A DNA stretch of 63,997 nt, counting the filler, from Basidiobolus ranarum (lineage: Eukaryota): the NCBI GenBank assembly GCA_040143965.1. It is 3 parts of 3 records of this genome, joined end to end, with 100 filler letters (N's around TTAATTAATTAA, not from the genome) between each part and the next. Parts side by side here need not be neighbours in the genome. Positions count along the whole stretch, not along the records: positions 1 to 22,711 come from JASJQH010000180.1; 2 more parts are not named here. One strand, given 5' to 3'. Made by a program: the position numbers and the translations under genes. Under the pieces are notes generated by a model. It had not been told where the DNA came from. It ran no database searches and worked only from the letters and a program-made list of their open reading frames with translations. Below are positions 1 through 12,885 of the stretch, piece after piece. Each line of letters opens with the position of its first letter. Positions within the stretch are counted from its first letter, which is position 1.

Positions 1-444
1 ATTGTTTTGTAATAGGTGAAGAAGTGCGAGTAAATAGGTGCAACTGGGCGAATTCGGCCTCCTTTATATCAATAAGGCCACGCGAGTAACTTACGAAAAT
101 AGGAAGATAGTGAAAGAGATTGTCCACTCTAGAAGAATCCTGCCCATATTCTATTGGCTTTCTATAATAAACATTTCCTTTTTTCAGCAGGGACTTGACA
201 TTGGAAGATCCTGAACCAAACTTTATTTCTGGGAAGTGCACCATTCGGTACGATAATCAGGATGGATAAACCTTCTACTCTGATTGGCTAATGGAGTATA
301 TGATATAGATAATCGTCCAGATATAGCTCAGTTCGTTCGCGATTGCAAGCGTGTTTCCTACTATTATTATTTCTATTATTCTATTCAGAGTCAATATTTA
401 GTTACTAATGTACGGGGAGCCCTTGGTAGGATGAATGTTATAGC

Positions 445-2578
445 TTAAGCGTCCTCGTCTTTGTCAGCTAGTTGACACATCTAGAATTGAATGGTAATTA
501 AAGATAGGATCCCCGAAGGTGAGTGTTAAATCAACTTACTTTCTGGTATTTACGGTAGGGAAAAGTAGGGGCTATTTCAATATCTTGACGAGGCAGAATC
601 CACTCAAGGAACATCAAGATTAAATAATCAATAGCTACCAAAAAGCAAAACAATTTTCCAGCCCATAGACCGCATCCATAGTATCTATTACACGATGGAT
701 TTGTATCAAGGTCAACTCAAATGAAATCTGAACTGTAGAGAGACACGTACCTGCGTAAGCGTTCTATCAATGGAGGCGCACGCTTTTGCGATATGGAGGA
801 ATAAACTTTCTCCGTGCGTTCCGCAACATTGGCCCAACTATACATCTCTTTCACTTCATCATGGAATTTGGTGGGATCCACTTCTTTCATACTGATTGTG
901 TTTATAGCTTTGGTAATCGCAACGACAACATCTATGCAGGCAAATGGTTTTGTTTTGTTTCGTTAGCGAGTGCTCATATTGAGAAGAGACGCGTATTAAT
1001 AATTACTTACCATCCTCTTCTGGTTTCGCAAAATGAATCATATGGTGAGGTAAAACCTCTGGAACTCCTCCAACTTTAGTGCTTACAACTAGTAACCTAC
1101 AGCAATATAAAAAGTTATACAAACAACCTTGAAGATTCTGGTAGTAACTCAGAAAGTACCCGCAACATGCTGCTTCAACAATACCAATGCAAAAGGCTTC
1201 GGTCAAGCTTGTATTCATGAATATATTCCCTTGAATCAAAGTCTAGAAGAAGGGTTATATTTACTATACTTCAGTGAGCATACATATGGACATTGATATC
1301 TTACATTTCTGACTTCCGAATGCTTAATGGATCCACATAACTCTACTCTATCGTGAAGCAAATGTTTCTCTCTCATTTGTTCTAAATCAATACGCTTTGG
1401 TCCATCACCCGCTTATTAAATCAAGTTAAAGAAGGTAAATGATTAGAATGTTTCTCAAAATATTGAGAGAAATCTCACTTTACCAATCATGAATCGAACT
1501 TTAGGGTGTGCTGCACAAATTCTAGGGATAACTGCAACAAGAAGATCCATTCCTTTACGATAGACCAAACGGCTAATCACTACAATGGTAACTAATTTCA
1601 ATCAAACAAATGGTTATGGATGGCTCCGATGCAAGGTAACGTGCTAGTAGTGCTTACTATAATTTGGATTCGCCGCTCCAGGATCTGGTATGAATTGTGC
1701 GGCCACTACAGCATTTGGGATGACCGAGACATTCTTTGGGTTTAAAGCTGCTCTAAGGACTGTGTTTTCTTTACTAAGATTAAAATGAAATAAACATTAC
1801 ATCCAGACTAGTTAAGACTGAGAATATATGAGAAAATACCTAGTGTGTGAAACACATATAACATGATCAATATCCGAAAGATTAAATTTCAGCATTTTAT
1901 TAGTTAAAATACTACTGGCATCGGCAAAACCGAACAACGAATGATCAGTAAAGCACGCCTTTAACCCCATAGTTCTTGCGTGGAAAATCGCTTCTTGACA
2001 AAGTGAGGAAAATGCCTAATAATAAGCCATTTATTAATAAATTTGACTATCAGCATTTCAAAATGTAAACAAGGTACCTGATGGCCGTGAACCACATCGA
2101 TCTTTTCTCGAATCACAATCGTTCTAAAGAAGGGGAAAAATCCGTATAAGGTAGGGAGAGTCGCTTGACTATACAAAACCATTTGAGGGACATAATAGAC
2201 CTTTAAACCGTGTGTCAAGTATCGAATTCCAGTACGACCACCGTATGCATGAGTCACAATGACTACCTATTTAAGTAAATATTTGTTTAATGACTTCCTC
2301 GTTTTGTGTCAAAAATGGTGTATGGACCATCCGCAGACAAAATGAAGACTAACCTTATGTCCACGAAGGATTAATTGCTGTGATAAGTGGAAAAGATGTG
2401 ATTCAACACCTCCAATGTTTGGATAAAAGAAATCCGACACCATACTGATAATAGAAAGTCAATGATGAGCATGTTGTTGGTGAAATGAAGGAATATTTTG
2501 ATTTTATGAGAATTTAATCAGCATGTGTTATTCTGGGTGACTAAAAAAACCAACAAATTACCAAATGTTAAAAGGCAT
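445..2578 (-). CDS. PIGA: Phosphatidylinositol N-acetylglucosaminyltransferase subunit A (PIG-A/GPI3/SPT14), multi-exon
   Basis: Spliced reading gives [87 protein letters not shown] and a C-terminal TM ([24 protein letters not shown]). Introns are GT-AG; ATG at 2578, TAA at 445-447. Confidence 0.95.
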
Positions 2579-2950
2579 CTTCAGGTCTTCTAGTGTTGTA
2601 TACTATATTCTATGAGGTGCTCAAAGACTATATCCTAAGGGAATAATAGATTCCTAAAATCTCTCAAACTCTGACCGAAATAGGGAATAAATTGAAGCCA
2701 AGGCATTTATGGTCAAAAAATGATCAGAAAAAACCACTATCATTAATCTGGCATTTAGCTAGAAAATAGCGCTTTTATGATTGTATGGTATAGCTTTCCG
2801 TACAAATCAGTCAGTTTACATATATGCTCCATGTTTTTTCTTAGTGTGGATATTAAACTAAAGAATTGAATTTTAGGTCAATTATTCTTTCAATATTGAG
2901 GAGATTCGTAAAACTTGGGAACTCAAACATTCCTGACATCGAGCAATACA

Positions 2951-5629
2951 ATGGACCATACCCCACCTCCGGTTGGAGTCAATCTATCTACTAATACAAG
3001 CTCTTCTATCAAAACGAATATGAGTCTGGTAAATGGTGATTCTTCCTCGTCTTCTGAGAATTTACTTGACCAATTGAAAGAGTTAGTAAACATTATATCA
3101 ATTAATCTCAACATAATCATCCGATATTCAAATATTCCTCTACACATTATTTAGTCTTTCTCTTTATGAACTGGCTTCCAAAAACAGTTATGTTGGAGCG
3201 CACCTCGATAGGATCGATTCCACAGAGGAGATTTTCAATCCTGATGACCCTAATATTAAACAAGTATATACACAACTGCTAATGGATTTTTCTAAAAAAA
3301 CAAGTAGCTCACATGTATATTTGTCATGTTTCAATAGGACGTCATTCGAATGATAATTCAATACCTCAATGACGAAGGCTATCATGCTTCTAGAATGACC
3401 GTCAGCGATGAGGCAAACATCAAATGGCACGAGAAAATGGAGCAGCAAGCTGAGATTGTTCGTTTGAAAAAAGTGATCCTTGGTGAGTTCCATACTTTGC
3501 ACTCTCACACTACTTTTGTTGATTATTTATCTTTTCTATTCAGATGGTGACTGGGCTGAAGTGGATAAACTCTGTTCCAAGAACCTTGTTAAAAATCAGA
3601 AAAGTTTCCTTTATTCTGTGTACAAGCAGCAGTATCTCGAGTATATTGAACATCGTGAGATGCAGAAAGTAAGTAATAATCATAAATGGATATAGATATA
3701 GAATAGTATGAGATAACTAAGTAAATTTTTGCGACCTCTAGGCTTTCACATTCTTATCCAAACGTTTGAAACCACTTGAACATCTTCAAACTACCCCCAA
3801 TGAATTCAAAGATTTGTGCTATTTACTGACTGCCAAGTCCATTCATGACGCTTCCTCATTTAAAAATTGGGAAGGAATTGGACCAGCGAGGTTAGCTGTC
3901 ACATACCTGATTCCCAATCTCTTCAACAGTTTCTCATGTTGTTTTATATAATTTCCTACAGAGAGAAACTAGTAGAACAACTACAAAATAGACTTGACTC
4001 GGAAAACTTCAACAAAGATAGTCAGTATAACTATCCTTAGCCTAGTCATACTCGTCTGGCGATTAACAAACATTTTCTAGCCAATTCGACGTATGTACCG
4101 CCAAATCGACTGATTACGTTACTACGACAAGCAGTGTCTTATCAGATGGAGTTTGCTCGGTACCACCCTAGAATTACACCTGTCGTTAATACGTAAATTG
4201 GAATTTAAATTACATACTTGAATGATCTTTTGCTTACTTTCAAGATGGTATAGGCTACTCGAAGACTATTCCTCTTTCATTATTCCCAATGCTGTTTTCT
4301 CTACTTTTACTGGACATCGTGGTAATATTAAGTGTGTCGAGTTTATTGGTGAAGAAGGAAAATCCATCATATCTGGTTCAAGGTTTGTTACCAGCTCCCA
4401 TACCATCCGAACGTTCGTATTAAGTACTTAATAACCCTTCATCATTCCCGGCTGTGTAGTGATAACACCCTACGCATATGGAACACTGAAACCACCAAAT
4501 GTACAAGTGTGCTTGAAGGTCATACCTCTCGTATATGGGATGTCTCCTCAAACAAGAAAGGTTCCTTGGTCGCAAGTGCCTCTGGCGACCGAACAGTTAA
4601 GGTAAAACCTCAATGAGATGTAAATCAAAGGCAAGAATTGACATATATCTTAAATTGATCAGCTGTGGGATATTAAGAACGAAACTGGTTCATATTTATC
4701 TACCTTTACTGGCCACGAGGGAGATGTCTACAGTGTCAAGTTTCATCCAGGCGGAGTAAGTTTAATCATGATTGACTCAAATCTTGAGACCAAAGCTAAT
4801 CTTCCATGTAGAATCACTTCGTGACTGGTGGCTATGACAAAGTAGTTCGTTTGTTTGATGTAAGTACCGGAGCAGTGATCAAAACATTTACTGGACATCA
4901 ACTTGCTGTTTCCAAGACAATATTTAATCCTCTGGGTAACCTGATCATTAGTGGGTTAGTTACAGCTTAAAGTCTGAATATTCTCATTCATTTTGACAAA
5001 TCCTCTAAATTGATTACTTCAACAGATCTAAGGATAACACTATAAAGTTCTGGGATGTAGTATCTGGACTCTGTATTCGTACTATAACTCAACATCTTGG
5101 CGAAGTTACCTCGGTTGAAATAAATTCAAGCGGAAGTCTGCTTCTTAGTAGCTCGAAGGATAACTCCAACCGTCTTTGGGATATCAGAATGGTTAGTATT
5201 ATAGTGATCCCGTACTATATGTTTGAATCGAAAATAACATGAATATTAGGTCCGGCCAATTCAACGCCTCAAAGGCCATCAAAATACATCGAAAAACTTT
5301 ATTCGCGCAGGCTTCGCCCATAATAATCTTGTAGCTGGTGGATCAGAGGTTTTTACTTTAGCCTTACTAGTTAGAATTTTAAATCCCAGCTTCTAACCGA
5401 GAATATTTTCAACAACTTTTAGGATGGCATTGTTTACATTTGGGACCAAAAGACTGGTGAAATCCTCCAAAAGCTTCGCGGACACTCGGGGATAGTATAT
5501 AATGCAGTATGGAATGATAAGCAAAGCCTGTTTTGTAGTTGTAGTGATGACCGCACTCTAAAGACATGGTGGTACGATGAAAACAAGCCCATCACGAACC
5601 CAAATGAGTCAAATCGTACTTTTGCCTAA
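2951..5629 (+). CDS. LisH-CTLH-WD40 repeat protein (WDR26/GID7/SMU1-like architecture), multi-exon
   Basis: LisH (DVIRMIIQYLNDEGY), CTLH (ILDGDWAEV...YKQQYLEYIE) and PPNRLITLLRQAV, then several GH...WD repeats (TGHRGNIKCVEF, EGHTSRIWDV, TGHEGDVYSV, RGHSGIVY). Stop TAA at 5627-5629. Exact orthology not determined. Confidence 0.85.
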
Positions 5630-6675
5630 TTTTAATTAATTACGAAGACGAGCTGCCAATAATGTAAACACTTTTCATCCATATATCTTGTCCATCTACA
5701 ACTGCTTTTTTTATGATCATCGTCTCCTCATAATCCCCAACTCATAATAGATGCATCTCTTTGACATCTTTCACCCTCTTATTTATGCTACTTTTCTAAC
5801 GGTTCTTTCATTCTGTTTCTCCTATTTTCGTATCATAGCTAGTCGTTATATGGACGACAGTGATATATTTGAGTTGAAAGAGCTTAGAATAAATACTTTG
5901 AAATAGGGCATCACTGTACTTAAGACCGCCGTTTCTGTACGCTTTAAAGATATTGTATTAAAGGCAGTACCCCTCTCTAATTCTCATTATACTTCGGGTT
6001 TTGAGTTGGAATGAACGCGCTGGAAGAAAAGAGAAACCGTGTTTTTACAGAGAATAAACTTGTATAAATACGGTTCTCGACGAAAATAATTATCTTTGAT
6101 TTTATATGAAACTTATCTTGGTAAACGACAATATATGGAAGAAAAGTCCTAGTATATATCAATATTACTTCCGTTAAGAGATTATAATGTAGTTGAATAA
6201 AATGAAATTTATTCATTTTTGACTAAAAATTAGGATGAAGATTGTATGAATGTTAAACAAATCGTCACTCCAAGAGCTATCTATTCCAATATAATTTATC
6301 TTAATTTTTTTCTCATAATCTCTAACAAGGTTATTAGTGCCTCCGCGTAACATTATAATACGTTGTTTAATACTTTTATATAGTATTTCATATTTTTTAT
6401 AACTTAAAGATACCAATTCCTTTTCGAAATGGAGGTTGATAGACGTGACGAAGTTATTGAAAGTGTAGAAAGGTAGAGAATTCATTTTATCCGTCGTAGT
6501 TTAACTTATAAGAAAGTGAAGAAGGTTTATTCTTGATGATTGCTTGAAACTGAAGAAAACTCATTTGACATTCTTCACTCTTAAATACGCGACTTTACCA
6601 AAAATCACCAACAATGACTGACGATTTTCTTTTTATTTTTCTTTTATAATCTCTATAAACCTCATTTTCTCTCGT

Positions 6676-7899
6676 ATGGATTATTCTTTATCCAGTCAAT
6701 CCATCACGCAAATACAGACCACCGAATCTTTGAAAGAAGAAGTTAGCACTGTCGTCATAGAAACTAAAGAAGAAGTTAAAGTTATTGATAAAGTGGATAA
6801 TGCGTTAAAGCGTCGTTTGAGTAATGCGAATTCGGATCATGAGGAGAATACTGCGGATCAAAACACGGCTGAAACTAAGGTACGTGTATATATTCCAACA
6901 AGTAAATTTTCAAACCGTTGGAATGCTTAAAGAGTATTAAACGGTTATAATAGGAAATAGGATGTTAACTTTTATTCACTAATAGGCTCCAAATACCGAG
7001 GACTCCCATGAAACGAAAAGACCTCGTTTAGTAGAAGATAAAGAGGTAAAGCGTAGAGGTCAACGTATGTTTGGAATGCTCCTAGGAACGCTAAATAAGA
7101 TTAAAGATCAATCGAAACACAAAAGCGAAGCGGTAAATATACTTTCTAAGCTCAGTTAAATGCCAACATTTCGTCTTATCACATCCTAATTCTTCTCATT
7201 TTTATTCATCAAATAGGAAATCAAAAGAGAAAAACTAGAGCAAAAACTTCAAGAGAAGTTAAAGAAAGAGAAAGAAGAATTGGCAGAGAAGGTTAAAGTT
7301 GAACAGGAATCGCGTAAAGAGAAGATCCTTGCCCAGCGAAAAGTAGACGAACGGAAGCGTAAAGGCGAATTGGTAAAGTAAATTTAGAATTTGGAATACT
7401 CTTGCTTCATTACATCGCTAATCATATGAACAATCGATTACATTCACAGAGGGAGAATTTAAAGAATCAGAAAAATAAGCTTGCTGGTTTCTTGAAAACC
7501 AAGACAACACCGGCTCTTTATTATCTACCAGCCAAACCTTCTGGACGACACATGGACACCATTGCTGAACAGAAGAAAACAGTAGAAGAGGAATTCAAGA
7601 AGTTAGAGGAACAGGATGAGGAAGAAGACCACATGGAACAAGATAACAGCACACATCCCGAAGATCAACCCATGGAGGATAGCTCAGTTCCTGAAGTAAC
7701 TACTGGCGATAAAGAAATTGAGTCTAACGCTAATAAGCCAGATTCAACACAAGCAGAAGATATAGCAGAGAAGAAGCCTTCAAACGACAACCCCATAAAT
7801 CCAACGGAGCAACCGACAACTGTTCCTTCTACAGAGTCGGAACAAACAACGTCTGCTATGGAATTTGAATCGAGCAAACAATCTATTCAGAAAGAGTAA
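6676..7899 (+). CDS. PNN: Pinin/SDK/memA domain protein, multi-exon
   Basis: KRRGQRMFGMLLGTLNK, a coiled coil and LAGFLKTKTTPALYYLP match the pinin domain; acidic tail. Confidence 0.85.
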
Positions 7900-8501
7900 G
7901 ATTGAAAAATACATGGCATGTTTTGCACTTGGTAAACACTCTTTGATCAATAGTTTGTACAAAAGTTAAAATTCTCGAAAAAGACCAAATAAATCTGGGC
8001 CAAAAACAGTAGTGTCGTTATGTTATTCAATGCCACCGTTTAGGCCAGCCCTCATATGACCATCACTAGATACCTGTTAATCTGCAGTCTTACCCCTATT
8101 ACACTGGCTCAAAATTCAGGGATCCAATAATTAGTTCATATATATGATATACAGTCAAAACAAACTGGTTTAATCCGTGTGTGCAAGACCTAGTAAACAA
8201 GCCTAAGAAAATACGCTGCTTTCAGGTGCACTTCATATCCTCTCGAAGTAACTGTTTAGAATCTGCGACATTGTAACTACAGTAATTCAATAGAAAAGAC
8301 TCAATTTTCCTATTTCTTGTACTTTTCTAGTAGCATAAACTCGACAGCGTACTTGCTTTATCAGTTCAGTCAATTGTAGAAATTGAACTTCATTTCGCCT
8401 AACATAACGCCAATTCCATTGACAGATATTTCTTTGTGAGCTGTACGCCATACCACGCAGATTCATAAGTAGAAAAGATATTTAGTACTCTGGCGAAAAA
8501 A

Positions 8502-11460
8502 ATGTCTAGGATATCTTCGAGCTCAAACACCCCTAGTATGGGCATTGCGAATGGAATTAGTTCTCTGACTCGCGGAACCTTGTTGGTCGGTTCAGAGTCT
8601 CTGACAACTTATACACTAGCAATCCCCGAAATGGGATCTAAGAATGATATATCCTGGTGGAATAATGCATCTGAAATGGACTTGACAAATTCTCTGCCTT
8701 TACAGGCTGAGGCGGTATCTGCGTGTTGGAATTCAGAAAGTATCTTTTTTGAAAGCTGTTTATTACGGGAATTCCACCTCAACGTTACTCTATCTCTTAG
8801 AGAATTTCTTAACCCTCTTTCTGTATAGGCTCAATCCTCGCCGTTTTAGACATACAACATACTATTTCTCTATATCGCCAAGACAATGACAGTTATATAT
8901 TATGGGATCGATGGGACAAACAACGTGTATGAAAGTATCTTGTCCATTTTTGGTCATGCAATTAATATACTTACCATATCTATATCATTAGCTACAAGAG
9001 AATGCTCAGGTGATTCGTTTTGCCCCTCGTTCTGGGCGGCTTTGGGTAGGTGGAAGCGCTGGTGTTCTTCGATGTCTGGATTGTAACTCGCGCGAGTTCG
9101 TAGATAGAGTTGAAGTATGTGCCTTCCTTCAGATCAAAGACTTTATTTCATATCTGATACACATGAATTTAGCAAGAACATAATGGGCCAATTACAGCAA
9201 TATCAATCAATAGCGATGACAGCTTTCTGGCATCTTTGGATGCTGATAACGTTCTTTTGCTTCACAACCTGATGAAAAATACATCAACTAAACTTATCCA
9301 TGATGCCTCAGAAGTAAGGATCTAGCAGTGAAAGAAGGACCTTTTAAAATGATTAACGAAACACTTTTTTTCAGCGACTTGTTCACTTGGAATTTTCGAC
9401 TAAACGACACCATTTAGTGGCTGCCGGCGATGACGGTCATCTTTACTTTTGGAATACACAAGAGCTCCCACACACAGTATACACTGAGTATAGTGCTCAT
9501 CATGCACCTGTTACCGGCCTTCGGTTTTCCCCATTCAACCATATGATGCTATGTTCAGTTGGTTTGGACAGAAAGATCTTTGTGTTTGATGTTGATCGCA
9601 AGAGGTGATTATTGCTTGACTGGCTTTCTTTCTCCGCTTTCTTTCTCCGATTAGACAAAAACTATGAATATTTTAACTTATCCTACCATTTGAAATAGAT
9701 CTGTTCGTACATGGACTGCAACGGCACCTTTAACCGCCTTAGCTTGCACAGCTGAATCCCCCGTCTTTATCGTCGGTACAAATCAAGGTAAGCTCCATAC
9801 ATAGCAAAGAAACATCGAGTTAATTTTAAGCAACATTCATTGGTGATATGCAAAGGTGTCATCTTTGCTTATAAATTAGACCTGAAGGAGCCTATAAAGA
9901 CGACACAAATAGAGGGTGATCGTGTCAGGTGCATTATATATCAAGTAAATATCATGACGGATCTGTTTCGTTGATACCCCATCCTTAAACGCAGATTGTT
10001 CATGCTCTTATTGATTGTTTTAGACTGGATCTCTGGTTAAAACTCCTCGTCCGAAGAAAAATCCTGGTATTACTCGGATTGCCGGAAACACTACACGCTC
10101 CAGTATTCCCAGGCTCAACTCTCCCATTAGCCCTTTGTTTAGCTCACCCAATGCCGACTTCAGTTCACCGTCATTACTTCATGATTGTGAGTGTTTACGA
10201 TACCTCTGATGTCAAGTAAAGATTCCCTCAGACTAATTAAGAGAACCTTGAAGCCCCGTATAGAAAAGGTCCCTCTTTGCCAGGCGCTGAAGACCTTGAT
10301 TCTACCATCGAAGAATCCAAGTTTCAGACGAAACCTACATATCGTCTAGGTGAATATCGATCAATTATATGTGTACAATATTGATCAACCCGTTAAATAC
10401 TTGCTTCCAGATGAATCTATATCGCCTGAAGCACGTCGATTTACTTTAGATAGTACCATAGGATATTCTCCTATTCGAGGGAAGCAACATACAGGTATAT
10501 TATCAGTCCTAAGACTTGACAATCATTATCTTTAACTCAATATTTTCGGTCGATAGAATCTCTCATATCTCCCAGTATGACCACACCCTCGACGCATAGT
10601 AGCAGTATCCGTCATGGCACTAGGCCCAAGTCGATGATTGTGACTGGAAACAGCTACATCTCTGAACTCTCTAGTCAAGCTAAAGAGGATGTTCGTCAGC
10701 GAAGCATATCCGTAACTGGTGGGCCCATGGCACCCACAAGTAGCTCGCGGCATACTGATGCCCTTTGTAGCACTCCAGTTGATTTGACAAATTCCTCCAG
10801 AACCATTGGCAGCACTACCTCCAGTAACTTGAAAAGTCCCTATTCACCCACTAAAATGTTTTTATTTGATGTGAGTCTTCCCGGGTATAATTTCAGTCAA
10901 GTCTGCGACTTGTTTATCTAACATCTATGTTTACTCTCCATAGTCACCAAGTGGAGTGGCAAGACACTCCTCTGTCCACTCTCGTATTGTATCGGGTGGA
11001 GCTCCTAAGCCAAATGGTCGAACTAATTTGCCCGCTCCAGCCAGTGCGCCTAGTGATTCATTGGGAATCTCGTCCCGAATCAACGATCGTATTTTACATC
11101 GAGATTCTGGCGAGATAGGGATTCATTTTACAGAAAATCAGGTGCAAGCGGTTCAACAAGTCGTCCAGGAATGTCTCCGAGAATATGCCACTGAGGTACA
11201 AACATCGATTCGTGAGGAGATTAGAGCTATGCAGTTAGAAATGATTCGTCAAATGTTTATCCAGCAGGTAAGATTTCCTTTCAAATTGAAACTTACTAAA
11301 AAAAGAAGCGACTAAGAATATTCTCCAAATGATTCAACCGATCAAATAGGAGGAAATGCGTGAGGATTGGTTTCAAACCCAAGCAGATCATACGCGAAGG
11401 ATGGAAGAGGAATTAGAGCGATTACGCGAGGAGAATGCTCGTTTAAAGAGCTCATATTAA
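8502..11460 (+). CDS. NEDD1: NEDD1/GCP-WD-like gamma-tubulin ring complex targeting protein, multi-exon
   Basis: N-terminal WD40 region (HHAPVTGLRFSPFNHMMLCSVGLDRKIFVFD; TAPLTALA...VGTNQG), an S/P-rich linker, and the NEDD1-type C-terminal helix IREEIRAMQLEMIRQMFIQQ|EEM...ELERLREENARLK. Stop at 11458-11460. Confidence 0.85.
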
Positions 11461-11946
11461 GTCATTCAATAGATTCCCATCCTATTCTCACCTCCCCTCT
11501 TCTCACCCCCCCTTCTTCTCACAGTCAAGTTTCGTTTTGGACTTCTCCTGGTGCATTGATTCAACTACAAGATAAAATAAATATTGTTCTCTTCTCTTAT
11601 CGTCCTGATATGTATTGGCAGGTCAACTTTATAAACAAACCGGTATCCATTTTCCCCAACAGAAGCAAGAATGCTGCATAAGTCACAATCTCTAGTTTTG
11701 GTTTGTATTATGCTTTCAATATAGATCCCGATATCTAGCATTAACATCATAATCATCAGGCGTGAAGTCACCAAGTCAAGCCACAGAAAAAAGTCACCTA
11801 AATACGTGGTATTGATGAATCTAGACTTGATGAAAATTTTACAGTATGTTAAATGGCACTAGAATAGAACATTGACTACATGTTTATTTAATTATATACA
11901 CCGGGAACAATGGTTACGACCTAACAAGCCACAGTAAGAAAGCAAA

Positions 11947-12885
11947 CTAGATTCGATGTTTCATCAACCATTGCTCAAACGAACGGGGTTTAAAATTGGT
12001 AAAAATGGAATTCTTCAAGTCCTGAAATCTGGCTTCTCCTCTCATTATAGGTAGCAAATACTCCAGTCGTATAAGCTCTTCAGTATCTTTCACTTCACGT
12101 AATTTTATCTCTTGTAGCTTACTTTCGAGGCTTGGGATATCACCAACCTGAACGATTTCAATTTTCTCTTGATTTACCAACTCGAACCTTTCCGCCATTT
12201 CAGCGAAAGAAATATCTTCACCACAGACTGGTATCTTACCTACAGCTTCAGGCTCTAGAATTGTCTCTACGATAAATCTTGTCGTATCATCCAAGCTAGT
12301 CATAGAGAATCTAGTATCTGGATCAGCGAAAGTTCGAAATTTTCGTTCAACGGAATCCCATACTTTTAAAAAACCGAACACAGATTCGGTCAGGATTCCT
12401 GTCAACAGATGAGTGACTTGTAGGTCGTTCTTGTTTTTGATCGCCCAACCAGCGAATTCTTTCCTCCAATCGAGTTCTCTATTTAGTCCGGTAGGTAAAA
12501 GGAAATAATCCAAACAAAAATCCGATGGAATAAACCTAGTTACTTTACTTTCTAAGCAAGCGTTTAAGAGATTTTTTTGCCCTTGGACGATGACCTCCCT
12601 GTCACCTTGTACTACAGATACAACAATATCCTGGTTCTCACAAGCAGTAAGTAGGCTTTTCTCATTTTCCAGACTTCCTTCAAATACTGTAACTCTTTTG
12701 TCAGCCAAGAATTTCTCATCAAAAGATAATCTTCCTACATCTCTAACTAATACAGACGTTTGAATGCGTGGAGTACGTATTTTAACTAGCTCACTGACCA
12801 GTTGACTACCTAAAGTACCACTTCCTCCCACTATCAGTACTCGCAAAGCTGGTGATAGATCTATTACTGTATCCTCAGCATCCAT
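11947..12885 (-). CDS. NmrA-like / isoflavone-reductase-like NAD(P)-binding protein, intronless
   Basis: Rossmann motif VLIVGGSGTLGSQLV and VVSVVQG...GQKNLLNAC...VTRFIPSDF. Start placed at the internal ATG (MDAED, 12885); the ORF track extends to 13092. Confidence 0.88.
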   Translation of the reverse strand: MDAEDTVIDLSPALRVLIVGGSGTLGSQLVSELVKIRTPRIQTSVLVRDVGRLSFDEKFLADKRVTVFEGSLENEKSLLTACENQDIVVSVVQGDREVIVQGQKNLLNACLESKVTRFIPSDFCLDYFLLPTGLNRELDWRKEFAGWAIKNKNDLQVTHLLTGILTESVFGFLKVWDSVERKFRTFADPDTRFSMTSLDDTTRFIVETILEPEAVGKIPVCGEDISFAEMAERFELVNQEKIEIVQVGDIPSLESKLQEIKLREVKDTEELIRLEYLLPIMRGEARFQDLKNSIFTNFKPRSFEQWLMKHRI

